A stretch of DNA of 53,610 bases, taken from the IMG/VR virus record IMGVR_UViG_3300021426_000022, positions 1 through 53,610 of that record. One strand, given 5' to 3'. Below, piece after piece: positions 17,382 through 23,040 of this stretch. Each line of letters begins with the position of its first letter. Within the stretch, counting starts at the first letter, position 1. A model generated the notes under the pieces. It was given only the letters and a program-made list of their open reading frames with translations, was not told where the DNA came from and made no database searches. The translations under genes were made by a program, and so were the position numbers. The DNA is from a virus.

Positions 17382-18019
17382 TCGTACACCTCCTTTCTGG
17401 CTTCCAAGCCTGCCTTGACTTACCACAGCTCACCACGCCTCTCCTTTTCCAACCCTACCCTGCCTGCCTTGCCCTTGCCTGACAAGCCTTAACCCGACAC
17501 ACCCCGCCAATCCAAGCCTGCCCTGCCTCGCCCGTCATGCCCTATCTTGACGTACCACACCATTCCTGCCATATCTCGCCATTACACACACTGACAAACC
17601 CTAACTAACAACACCCATATGTACCAAGCCTGCCATACCGAGCCGCTACTTATCCCGCCCCAACTTGACCTACCCCACCATGCCTGCCATACCTCGACTC
17701 AGCTCACCTCGCCGTACAGGACCACACCGGAACACAACAAGCTTTTCCTTACCCCGCCTGCCATGACTTACCCCGCCCCACACAGACGTAACAGTCCCTA
17801 CCACACCAAGCCTGCCATGACCTACCAAGCACAAACTTGCCCCAACAGAACTCGACTCGCCTCACCTGGACTGCCAGACCATAACAAGCCTTACCGCACC
17901 TTGTCACGCCCCACCGAGCAAAACCTAAACGCGCCGAACCTTGACTGCCGTACCGTGCCAGGCCTCGCCCCGACAAAACACACCTCACAGAACCTAACCT
18001 GTCCTGCCTTGCATGGGAA
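17382..18019. repeat. Non-coding, strongly strand-asymmetric tract (C-rich and G-poor on the plus strand) with at least 10 same-orientation copies of a degenerate CCTGCCAT-centred motif
   Basis: Core copies are near 17406, 17514, 17563, 17626, 17680, 17755, 17808, 17866, 17940 and 18000. Consensus is AAGCCTGCCATGACYTACC. Two 35-nt units (17546-17580 and 17664-17698) match at 30/35 positions. Sampled 60-nt lines contain about 27 C against 8-10 G. Confidence 0.85.
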
Positions 18020-18039
18020 GCGGCTGATTACTCAGCCGC
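18020..18039 (-). terminator. GC-rich hairpin overlapping the stop codon of the 223-aa gene (no U-tract)
   Basis: GCGGCTGA-gtaa-TCAGCCGC, an 8-bp stem, followed by TTCCCAT. May act as a terminator or RNA stabiliser. Confidence 0.35.
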
Positions 18040-18699
18040 CTCTACGTGATACATTCCGTTCCGTCCGTCTTTCTCGGGCCGCCACTCTCCGATTCCGCAG
18101 GCAAAGCCTCCGGCATTAATGCAGTTGATGATCTGTTCAATCGTCATGGATCCGTTGGAGTTGTACTCGATTACTAAGTCCATGTACCAGGTCGAAAACT
18201 CTCCGCGGTATCTCAGATCCGTGCCGCCGATTCCTACGCGGACCATATCCTCGCGCATCTCGGGGACACTGCCCTTAATCTCTGCATACTCTCCAAACTC
18301 TGTTGAAAGGAAGTATGATCCTCTGAGAGCCATCTGGTTTGATACCCAGCCCATACGATATGCGGCGCTGTTTGCACTCTGCTTGATACCACCGACCGGA
18401 AAACCAAACTTTGCACCATCCTCGACTGCCTTGATGAATTTCTCTTCCAGTTCCTCATCAGTGTCTGCTTCCGGCTTAGGAGTAAGCCAGTACAGAGAAT
18501 TGACAAAGTCCTCAAACGGTCTTCTGCTCTCACGAGCCTTGGTCTTCGTTGTCTTCTGCTGCGCTTCGAGCATCTGGCGCTTTGCCTTCTCACTCCAAGC
18601 GTGAACGATGAGCGGCGTGTCTCCAACGATCCTGATCGGGATCCTCTCTACACTGATGGGCTTAATCTCAATAGTTGCTTCTTTCTTTGCTGTTGCCAT
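18028..18699 (-). CDS. Orphan protein (223 aa) immediately downstream of the RNA island
   Basis: Clean ORF. Beta-rich N-terminus IRIVGDTPLIVHAW and a glycine-rich C-terminal loop GGFACGIGEWRPEKDGRNG. No family recognised by eye. Confidence 0.8.
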   Translation of the reverse strand: MATAKKEATIEIKPISVERIPIRIVGDTPLIVHAWSEKAKRQMLEAQQKTTKTKARESRRPFEDFVNSLYWLTPKPEADTDEELEEKFIKAVEDGAKFGFPVGGIKQSANSAAYRMGWVSNQMALRGSYFLSTEFGEYAEIKGSVPEMREDMVRVGIGGTDLRYRGEFSTWYMDLVIEYNSNGSMTIEQIINCINAGGFACGIGEWRPEKDGRNGMYHVEAAE

Positions 18700-18747
18700 T
18701 TTGTTACCTGCCTTTCTTATCTTTTTCTTTCTTTATGCTTTTACACT

Positions 18748-18768
18748 GCCGGTCTTTCCCGGCTGTCA
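18748..18768 (-). repeat. Conserved 21-nt hairpin element, copy A
   Basis: GCCGGTCTTTCCCGGCTGTCA matches the copy at 19008-19028 at 20/21 positions. On the minus strand it folds as GCCGG-GAAAGA-CCGGC. Lies about 50 nt upstream of the 223-aa ORF. Confidence 0.8.
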
Positions 18769-18911
18769 GAGCGTTTTACCTTACAAGCTCACAACGTATC
18801 CAGTCTCTTCTTCCTTGCGTCACGCGCTGGCGCCCGACTGCCTGAGGCTCATCTTCAGGATTTCGGATAGTGCACCTAAGGTTTGTCGACAAACACTATC
18901 CAGAAGCCTAA

Positions 18912-19002
18912 TCGGGATGATAGGAATCGAACCTATATCAAGAGGTTTCGCGGGACTACCTTCTTATCAACCACCGAAGCTCTACCATTGAGCTACATCC
19001 CG
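18912..19002 (-). ncRNA. tRNA-like cloverleaf #3 (91 nt) with a non-canonical anticodon region
   Basis: Acceptor CGGGAUG/CAUCCCG, D arm GCUC-AAUGGUA-GAGC, T arm AUAGG-UUCGAUU-CCUAU. There are 42 nt between the D and T arms; the best helix there is AAGA(A)GG/CCUCUU closing a 13-nt loop UAGUCCCGCGAAA. Confidence 0.6.
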
Positions 19003-19007
19003 TTGTT

Positions 19008-19028
19008 GCCGGTCTCTCCCGGCTGTCA
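19008..19028 (-). repeat. Conserved 21-nt hairpin element, copy B
   Basis: GCCGGTCTCTCCCGGCTGTCA. It ends 5 nt (AACAA) upstream of the 5' end of cloverleaf #3. A partial third copy, CCGGTCTCTC, is at 19119-19128. Confidence 0.8.
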
Positions 19029-19158
19029 CGGATTCCTGACAGGCTGCTTGCAATCTCCGTCATCACAATTCGCACCGTGCCTGCTTGGCGTGGGTTTAGC
19101 CATCCACATCGCATCCCCCCGGTCTCTCGCGCTTATAGCGGGTGGATTGTCGACCAAA

Positions 19159-19241
19159 TAGGGAATGAAGGATTCGAACCTTCGTCTCGGATTATCCTGA
19201 GTTTAAGCGCGCCCCGCGCTCTACCACTGATCTAATTCCCT
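19159..19241 (-). ncRNA. tRNA-like cloverleaf #2 (83 nt) with no recognisable anticodon arm
   Basis: Acceptor AGGGAAU/AUUCCCU, D arm GAUC-AGUGGUA-GAGC (one mismatch), T arm GAAGG-UUCGAAU-CCUUC. The 33 nt between them contain GCGCG-GGG-CGCGC and CUC(A)GG/CCGAG helices. Confidence 0.55.
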
Positions 19242-19246
19242 CTATA

Positions 19247-19274
19247 AAGGGCGGCCAGCACGATTGCCGCCCTT
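19247..19274 (-). other. 9-bp GC-rich hairpin 5 nt upstream of cloverleaf #2
   Basis: AAGGGCGGC-10 nt-GCCGCCCTT. Flanked by a TTTATAG tail on the minus strand and GTTTGTT on the plus strand, so it could be a weak terminator or a processing hairpin. Confidence 0.5.
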
Positions 19275-19354
19275 GTTTGTTATGCAATTTTGGCGTTGGC
19301 CCTTAATAGACTGCTATAGTTACGGGTGTATGATTGTGTCCATAGCCTGTGCCG

Positions 19355-19393
19355 TTATTTAGGACCGTTTATATTCACATGACCTTTACCTCC
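19355..19393 (-). promoter_or_regulatory. Consensus SD followed by a start-stop (ATG-TGA), or a 7-codon GTG micro-ORF (MNINGPK)
   Basis: The minus strand reads AAAGGAGGTAAAGGTC ATG TGA, with 7-nt SD spacing. The overlapping reading GTG AAT ATA AAC GGT CCT AAA TAA ends at 19355. Confidence 0.4.
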
Positions 19394-19479
19394 TTTCTTT
19401 GAATTTTTATAAGCATCGCAGGAGAAATCAAAACCCAATCTCGTTGCAATTCGTACAATGCTTCCTGCGTGTTTACCGA

Positions 19480-19695
19480 TTAATCAAGACACTGCATGAT
19501 GTCGCGGATCATAGCGCTTCCACTGTCCCCGGTAACGTCTATGCGGGTTTTGCTTCCGCAGCTAAACACCGCCAGCACATAAGCGTCGTCTGTGTAGTCG
19601 TTGTCGTGGTATTCTAAATCTACAAGCTCCCTGTATTGGCGGGTGGCCTGCAACGCTGCTGTAAGACTCGCACAAATCAATCTCTTGTCTTCCAT
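19480..19695 (-). CDS. Hypothetical protein (71 aa)
   Basis: Start moved to the ATG (MEDKRLICASL...) behind AAAGGAGATGGCGAA. The upstream part of the track ORF overlaps tRNA-like gene #1. Confidence 0.55.
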   Translation of the reverse strand: MEDKRLICASLTAALQATRQYRELVDLEYHDNDYTDDAYVLAVFSCGSKTRIDVTGDSGSAMIRDIMQCLD

Positions 19696-19786
19696 TTCGC
19701 CATCTCCTTTCTTGGGAGCCGGTGTATTATCTACCCCACCGGCAGGGCTTGAGCAGGTATTATGGATTCGGTCTGGGGAAGACCGA

Positions 19787-19858
19787 CGCGAGTGCCAGGA
19801 ATTGAACCTGTGGTATGGACTGCGCGACATCCATGTTCTGCCACTGAACTACACTCGC
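19787..19858 (-). tRNA. tRNA-like gene #1 (72 nt) with an 8-nt anticodon loop; identity undetermined
   Basis: Acceptor GCGAGUG/CACUCGC, D arm GUUC-AGUGGCA-GAAC, T arm (A)CAGG-UUCAAUU-CCUG(G). Anticodon helix UGGAU/GUCCA encloses GUCGCGCA. Variable region is 4 nt. In the canonical 7-nt register only 2 Watson-Crick pairs and 1 wobble pair form. Confidence 0.6.
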
Positions 19859-19897
19859 TTGTTTGCCCTCGTGACCTCCGGGGCGGGTCGCTTGTTC

Positions 19898-20140
19898 TTA
19901 TTTGATTGCTCGCAGAGCGCAGAACGTGAACTCGTGACCACTTGCCACCTTCGTCGTCTTATGCGTCTCATAGTCGACGCCCTCTTTGAGCCCTACGGCC
20001 CGCGCGATAGCCGAGATCGCGTTGAGAGCTTCGCGGCACTTGCCTTCGGCCTCGTGGTCGCCGGCCGCCTGATGATACGCGGCGGCGTATGCATATGTGT
20101 AATATTCCTCAATCAGTGCGTTAAGAACTTTCTTTTTCAT
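19898..20140 (-). CDS. Hypothetical early protein (80 aa)
   Basis: Start moved to the ATG (MKKKVLNALIEEYY...) behind AAAGGAGGACACC. Confidence 0.55.
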   Translation of the reverse strand: MKKKVLNALIEEYYTYAYAAAYHQAAGDHEAEGKCREALNAISAIARAVGLKEGVDYETHKTTKVASGHEFTFCALRAIK

Positions 20141-20186
20141 GGTGTCCTCCTTTACCCTCGCAACCTCTGGGGCGGGGTTATGATCC

Positions 20187-20324
20187 TCAGCGGTAAAGTC
20201 CGTATGGATCATCGTAATCATCGGCGCAATAATTCGGGTTAAACTCCATATCAGCCGCTCTGCAAGCGTCTTCTTCGCTCATCCCCATGTCCATGTAATA
20301 ATCGATGGTTTCTAAATAGTTCAT
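20187..20324 (-). CDS. First early ORF, small acidic protein (45 aa)
   Basis: ATG (MNYLETIDYYMDMG...) behind AGAGAGGATTGCA. Lies about 70 nt downstream of the early promoter. Confidence 0.45.
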   Translation of the reverse strand: MNYLETIDYYMDMGMSEEDACRAADMEFNPNYCADDYDDPYGLYR

Positions 20325-20373
20325 TGCAATCCTCTCTGTTTTCTTTTTCGTATGTACTTTATTTCCTTTAAAA

Positions 20374-20390
20374 CGTGAATTTCCTTCACG
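20374..20390. promoter_or_regulatory. Operator-like inverted repeat O1 (CGTGAAtttccTTCACG)
   Basis: Perfect 6-bp arms with a 5-bp spacer, just downstream of the early promoter -10. Related to the site at 20445-20461 (13/17 positions). A half-site, CGTGAA, is at 20416-20421. Confidence 0.6.
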
Positions 20391-20398
20391 CATTTCCT

Positions 20399-20427
20399 AC
20401 TATAAATGTTCTTTGCGTGAATGTCAA
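20399..20427 (-). promoter_or_regulatory. Early (lytic) sigmaA-type promoter
   Basis: The minus strand reads TTGACA, 17 nt, TATAGT (-35 at 20422-20427, -10 at 20399-20404). Confidence 0.7.
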
Positions 20428-20444
20428 GCACATTTACTGATTTT

Positions 20445-20461
20445 GTTGAATTTCTTTCACA
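20445..20461. promoter_or_regulatory. Operator-like site O3 (GTTGAAtttctTTCACA)
   Basis: Same architecture as O1. Overlaps the -35 of the repressor promoter. Confidence 0.5.
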
Positions 20462-20474
20462 GAAGGAGTATATT
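20446..20474 (+). promoter_or_regulatory. Repressor (maintenance) promoter
   Basis: TTGAAT, 17 nt, TATATT on the plus strand, about 30 nt upstream of the repressor ATG. Confidence 0.6.
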
Positions 20475-20504
20475 CTAATTATCAGAAGTGAAGGAGGGGG
20501 TACT

Positions 20505-20894
20505 ATGGAACAGTTGTATAAGAACATAAAAGCAAGGCGGATAGAGCTTGGCCTAACACAGCAGGAGCTCGCCGAAAAGATGGGCTATACGAACAGGTCG
20601 AGCATTGCCAAGATAGAAAATGGTGCTGTCGACCTCAGTCAGTCGAAAATCATCCAGTTTGCTAAAGTTCTGGAAACTACTCCGGGGTCCTTGATGGGAA
20701 GCGCAGACCATCATGAGGAACTCATTAACACACAGTCTGAACATCAGGAATATTATGAAGATGAAACCGTCCGGGCAGTTACAGATCGTCTCAGGAAGAA
20801 TCCTGAGTATTCCGTCATGTTCAAGGCTGCATCTAATGTAAAACCGGAGGACATTGATTTTGTTACACAATTTATCGAGAAGATGTCTAATTAG
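20505..20894 (+). CDS. XRE/ImmR-like phage repressor (129 aa)
   Basis: Start at MEQLYKNIKARRIELGLTQQELAEKMGYTNRSSIAKIENG behind GAAGGAGGGGGTACT. HTH_3 pattern. Followed by an ImmA-like gene. Confidence 0.88.
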   Translation: MEQLYKNIKARRIELGLTQQELAEKMGYTNRSSIAKIENGAVDLSQSKIIQFAKVLETTPGSLMGSADHHEELINTQSEHQEYYEDETVRAVTDRLRKNPEYSVMFKAASNVKPEDIDFVTQFIEKMSN

Positions 20895-21129
20895 ACACAA
20901 GGCACCAGAGAACACGAGAGTTTATATTGTAGCCACGCCACCGACTATATCAAGTTTTGTGGTACGAAAAGATGGATGGTATACGATATGTATCAGTGAT
21001 GCGCTCACGCCGGAAGGGAGGATTATTGCCTACAATCATGAAGTAGACCACATCATCAACGGAGACTTTGATTCCGACGAGCCTACCGGCCTGATTGAGA
21101 TCAGGGCGCACAGAAGAGATAGGGAGTAA
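20854..21129 (+). CDS. Short ImmA/IrrE-like metallopeptidase (anti-repressor protease candidate)
   Basis: HExxH in AYNHEVDHIINGD. Position immediately after the repressor. TTG start 3 nt after GGAGG, so the start is uncertain. Confidence 0.5.
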   Translation: MILLHNLSRRCLIRHKAPENTRVYIVATPPTISSFVVRKDGWYTICISDALTPEGRIIAYNHEVDHIINGDFDSDEPTGLIEIRAHRRDRE

Positions 21130-21135
21130 AAGAGT

Positions 21136-21471
21136 ATGGGATTATTTGGCAAAAAGCAGAAAAAGAAGGCGCTGAAAAGCCAGGACCGTATGCAGACTAA
21201 GCTCTCCATGATGGAAATGCAACGCCAGTCATTTATTAAGAATGGATTTGAACTGTATCAGATAATCGGATCAAGAGATGGATGCGAGATTTGCAAATCC
21301 ATGAATGGGAAAGTCTTCGAAGTAAAAGACTTTGAGCCGGGGAAGACTGCGCCGCCGTTCTGCTCGAATTGTAGATGCTCCGTAAGTTCCTATATGGACA
21401 AAGATAAGTATAACCGCTGGCTAAACGCATTGGCTAACGGGAAGGATGTCAGATTCAAGGATTTTAAATGA
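21136..21471 (+). CDS. Stand-alone paralog of the MuF/SPP1-gp7 C-terminal Zn-binding domain (111 aa) in the lysogeny module
   Basis: A by-eye alignment to the C-terminus of the head-morphogenesis protein (44860-45110) gives about 35/76 identities (NGF.YQ.I...C..C...G..F.V....G..APP....C.CS.SSYMD..KY..W..AL.NG.DVR...F). Confidence 0.8.
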   Translation: MGLFGKKQKKKALKSQDRMQTKLSMMEMQRQSFIKNGFELYQIIGSRDGCEICKSMNGKVFEVKDFEPGKTAPPFCSNCRCSVSSYMDKDKYNRWLNALANGKDVRFKDFK

Positions 21472-21579
21472 AATGATAACAAAAAAATACCTGCCCCGCG
21501 CCGTCACTCGCAGAACAGGTATTTAGTTAATGGGCATTGCGCACCATCAACCGATCACGTTGATAGTATACCACAATGC

Positions 21580-21605
21580 CCTCCTTTAAGTCACCCTTAA
21601 GGAGG
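21580..21605 (+). promoter_or_regulatory. Hairpin sequestering the integrase Shine-Dalgarno sequence
   Basis: CCTCCTTTAAG-tcacc-CTTAAGGAGG: a 10-bp stem with one bulged T. The 3' arm is the SD, 8 nt before the ATG at 21614. Nested inverted repeats GGGCATTG/CAATGCCC lie upstream at 21531-21580. Confidence 0.55.
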
Positions 21606-21613
21606 TTATTTTT

Positions 21614-22735
21614 ATGGCAAAATCTAAGTACAAGAGACGCGCAGACGGTCGTAAGGAAGCCACGATCCGGATTGACGGAAAGCGGATCCACGTCTACGGC
21701 TACACTGATTTGGAGATTGAACTCCAGAAAGAAGAACTGATTAAAGCATCCCATGACGGGACACTGTATGTCGACAAGGTAACAACATTCCGGGAATGGT
21801 CCGGAAAGTGGCTGGAGCTGACGAGGCCGAATCGAAGCGTGAACACCATGAAGATGTATGATAGTTCCGTAGCAAAGCTTGACGCGCTCCTGGGAGATTA
21901 TCCGCTGTCTGCTCTGAAGACGTCCGACCTGCAACTTGCGCTTAACCGGTATGCTGACAATCCGAGGACTCAGGAAATCCTTTACATCACCCTTGGCCAG
22001 ATCTATAGCAAGGCCTTAGCCGAGGAAATGATTGTCAAGAATCCGTGTACGAAGCTTGAAAAGGTGAAGTATAAGGCACCCGAAAAGAGATCTCTTACGG
22101 ATGCTGAGAAGGATGCAGTTGAAAGGGCGGAGCTGAAGCTCTCGGACAGGATCCTGTTGGACTTACTCTACTACTGCGGACTTAGAAGAGGGGAAGTTCT
22201 GGCACTGTCCCGGGGACAGTTTGATTTGAAGAAGTGGACCGTCAAGATTGATGCAGCTATCGTGTTCGTAACAGACAGCCATTCGGAGCGAAAGCCTATG
22301 CCGAAGACCGAAGCAGGATTCCGAACGCTTCCGATCCCGTCCCCGATCAGAGACAGAATCACAGAGTATCTCAGCGAGTTAGATGGGATGTATCTGTTCA
22401 CGAAGCAGGACGGAGCTTTTGTTACTCACAACAGCTATGCTTCTCTTTGGAAGAGAATCCTGCTCGCAGTCAACACGGCTGCCGGCGGAGTGAATTACTA
22501 TGATAAAGCCAAGCGAAAGACTCTTATGCAAATAAATGCAATCCCGGGACTCACCGCGCATGTCTTCCGGCACAACTACTGCACGATGCTCTATTATGCA
22601 GGCGTGCCGGTCAAAGACGCGCAATATCTCATGGGACACGCCAACCCCATGACGACGCTCAGCATATACACACATCTCGACCAGATGAATACATCCTCTG
22701 CCGAGCTCCTTGAGAATTACTTGATCGGTACTTGA
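21614..22735 (+). CDS. int: Tyrosine integrase
   Basis: R in CGLRRGEVLAL, HxxR in AHVFRHNYC, H and Y in MGHANPMTTLSIYTHL. Adjacent to attP. Confidence 0.93.
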   Translation: MAKSKYKRRADGRKEATIRIDGKRIHVYGYTDLEIELQKEELIKASHDGTLYVDKVTTFREWSGKWLELTRPNRSVNTMKMYDSSVAKLDALLGDYPLSALKTSDLQLALNRYADNPRTQEILYITLGQIYSKALAEEMIVKNPCTKLEKVKYKAPEKRSLTDAEKDAVERAELKLSDRILLDLLYYCGLRRGEVLALSRGQFDLKKWTVKIDAAIVFVTDSHSERKPMPKTEAGFRTLPIPSPIRDRITEYLSELDGMYLFTKQDGAFVTHNSYASLWKRILLAVNTAAGGVNYYDKAKRKTLMQINAIPGLTAHVFRHNYCTMLYYAGVPVKDAQYLMGHANPMTTLSIYTHLDQMNTSSAELLENYLIGT

Positions 22736-22751
22736 ATAATGTCAATGCCGA

Positions 22752-22784
22752 TGTTTTGCCAGTGTTTTGCCAGCTTTTTGCCAT
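22752..22784. repeat. 11-bp tandem repeat x3 (TGTTTTGCCAG, TGTTTTGCCAG, CTTTTTGCCAT)
   Basis: Read directly. Begins 17 nt after the int stop codon. Confidence 0.85.
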
Positions 22785-22796
22785 TGAATCTTTTTT

Positions 22797-22854
22797 GACG
22801 ACATTTTGACGACCACCGTCTTCCTTTTCATGCCGTGACGACAGTTTGACGACC
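22797..22854. repeat. Two copies of the 18-bp arm-type element GACGACAKTTTGACGACC (22797-22814 and 22837-22854)
   Basis: Direct copies 40 bp apart. A third copy is on the other side of the core at 23041-23058. Confidence 0.85.
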
Positions 22855-22862
22855 GCTATTTC

Positions 22863-22892
22863 CACCTATTTTCACCTATTTTCGCCTATTAC
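22863..22892. repeat. 10-bp tandem repeat x3 (CACCTATTTT, CACCTATTTT, CGCCTATTAC)
   Basis: Read directly. Helical-turn periodicity. Confidence 0.85.
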
Positions 22893-22898
22893 AGGACA

Positions 22899-22947
22899 AA
22901 CAAAAAATGCCGGAAAAGCCTTTAAATATCAGCTTTTTCCGGCATTT
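22899..22947 (-). terminator. Rho-independent terminator following the tRNA fragment (possibly bidirectional; also downstream of int)
   Basis: The minus strand reads AAATGCCGGAAAAAGC, a 12-nt loop, GCTTTTCCGGCATTTTTTGTTTG. Confidence 0.75.
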
Positions 22948-22955
22948 ATAAGGTC

Positions 22956-23002
22956 TGCGCCTCCGGGGACTCGAACCCCGGACACCCTGATTAAGAGTCA
23001 GC
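22956..23002 (-). tRNA. Partial tRNA-Lys(CUU): anticodon loop to 3' acceptor end only. Predicted attP core.
   Basis: The minus strand reads CTGACTCTTAATCAG GGTGTC CGGGGTTCGAGTCCCCG GAGGCGCA. It shows a CU-CUU-AA anticodon loop, T arm and 3' acceptor. No D arm or 5' acceptor lies upstream. Confidence 0.75.
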
Positions 23003-23040
23003 TTAACCGCCTTGATTTTATGCGGAGTTTCGGCACAGCT

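Noticed and set aside
17382-18019. Possible degenerate CRISPR array or type III toxin-antitoxin RNA repeats
   Set aside because: The repeat cores are short (8-18 nt) and poorly conserved, and their spacing is irregular (44-75 bp). ToxI-like antitoxins are exact tandem repeats. No adjacent toxin or cas gene was seen.
17619-18119. 166-aa plus-strand ORF (and the 79-aa minus-strand ORF 17749-17988) across the repeat tract
   Set aside because: The open frames arise because the strand is G-poor, so TGA and TAG are rare. The products are Pro/Thr/His or Gly/Arg/Trp/Cys low complexity, there is no RBS, and the plus-strand ORF runs into the 223-aa gene on the opposite strand.
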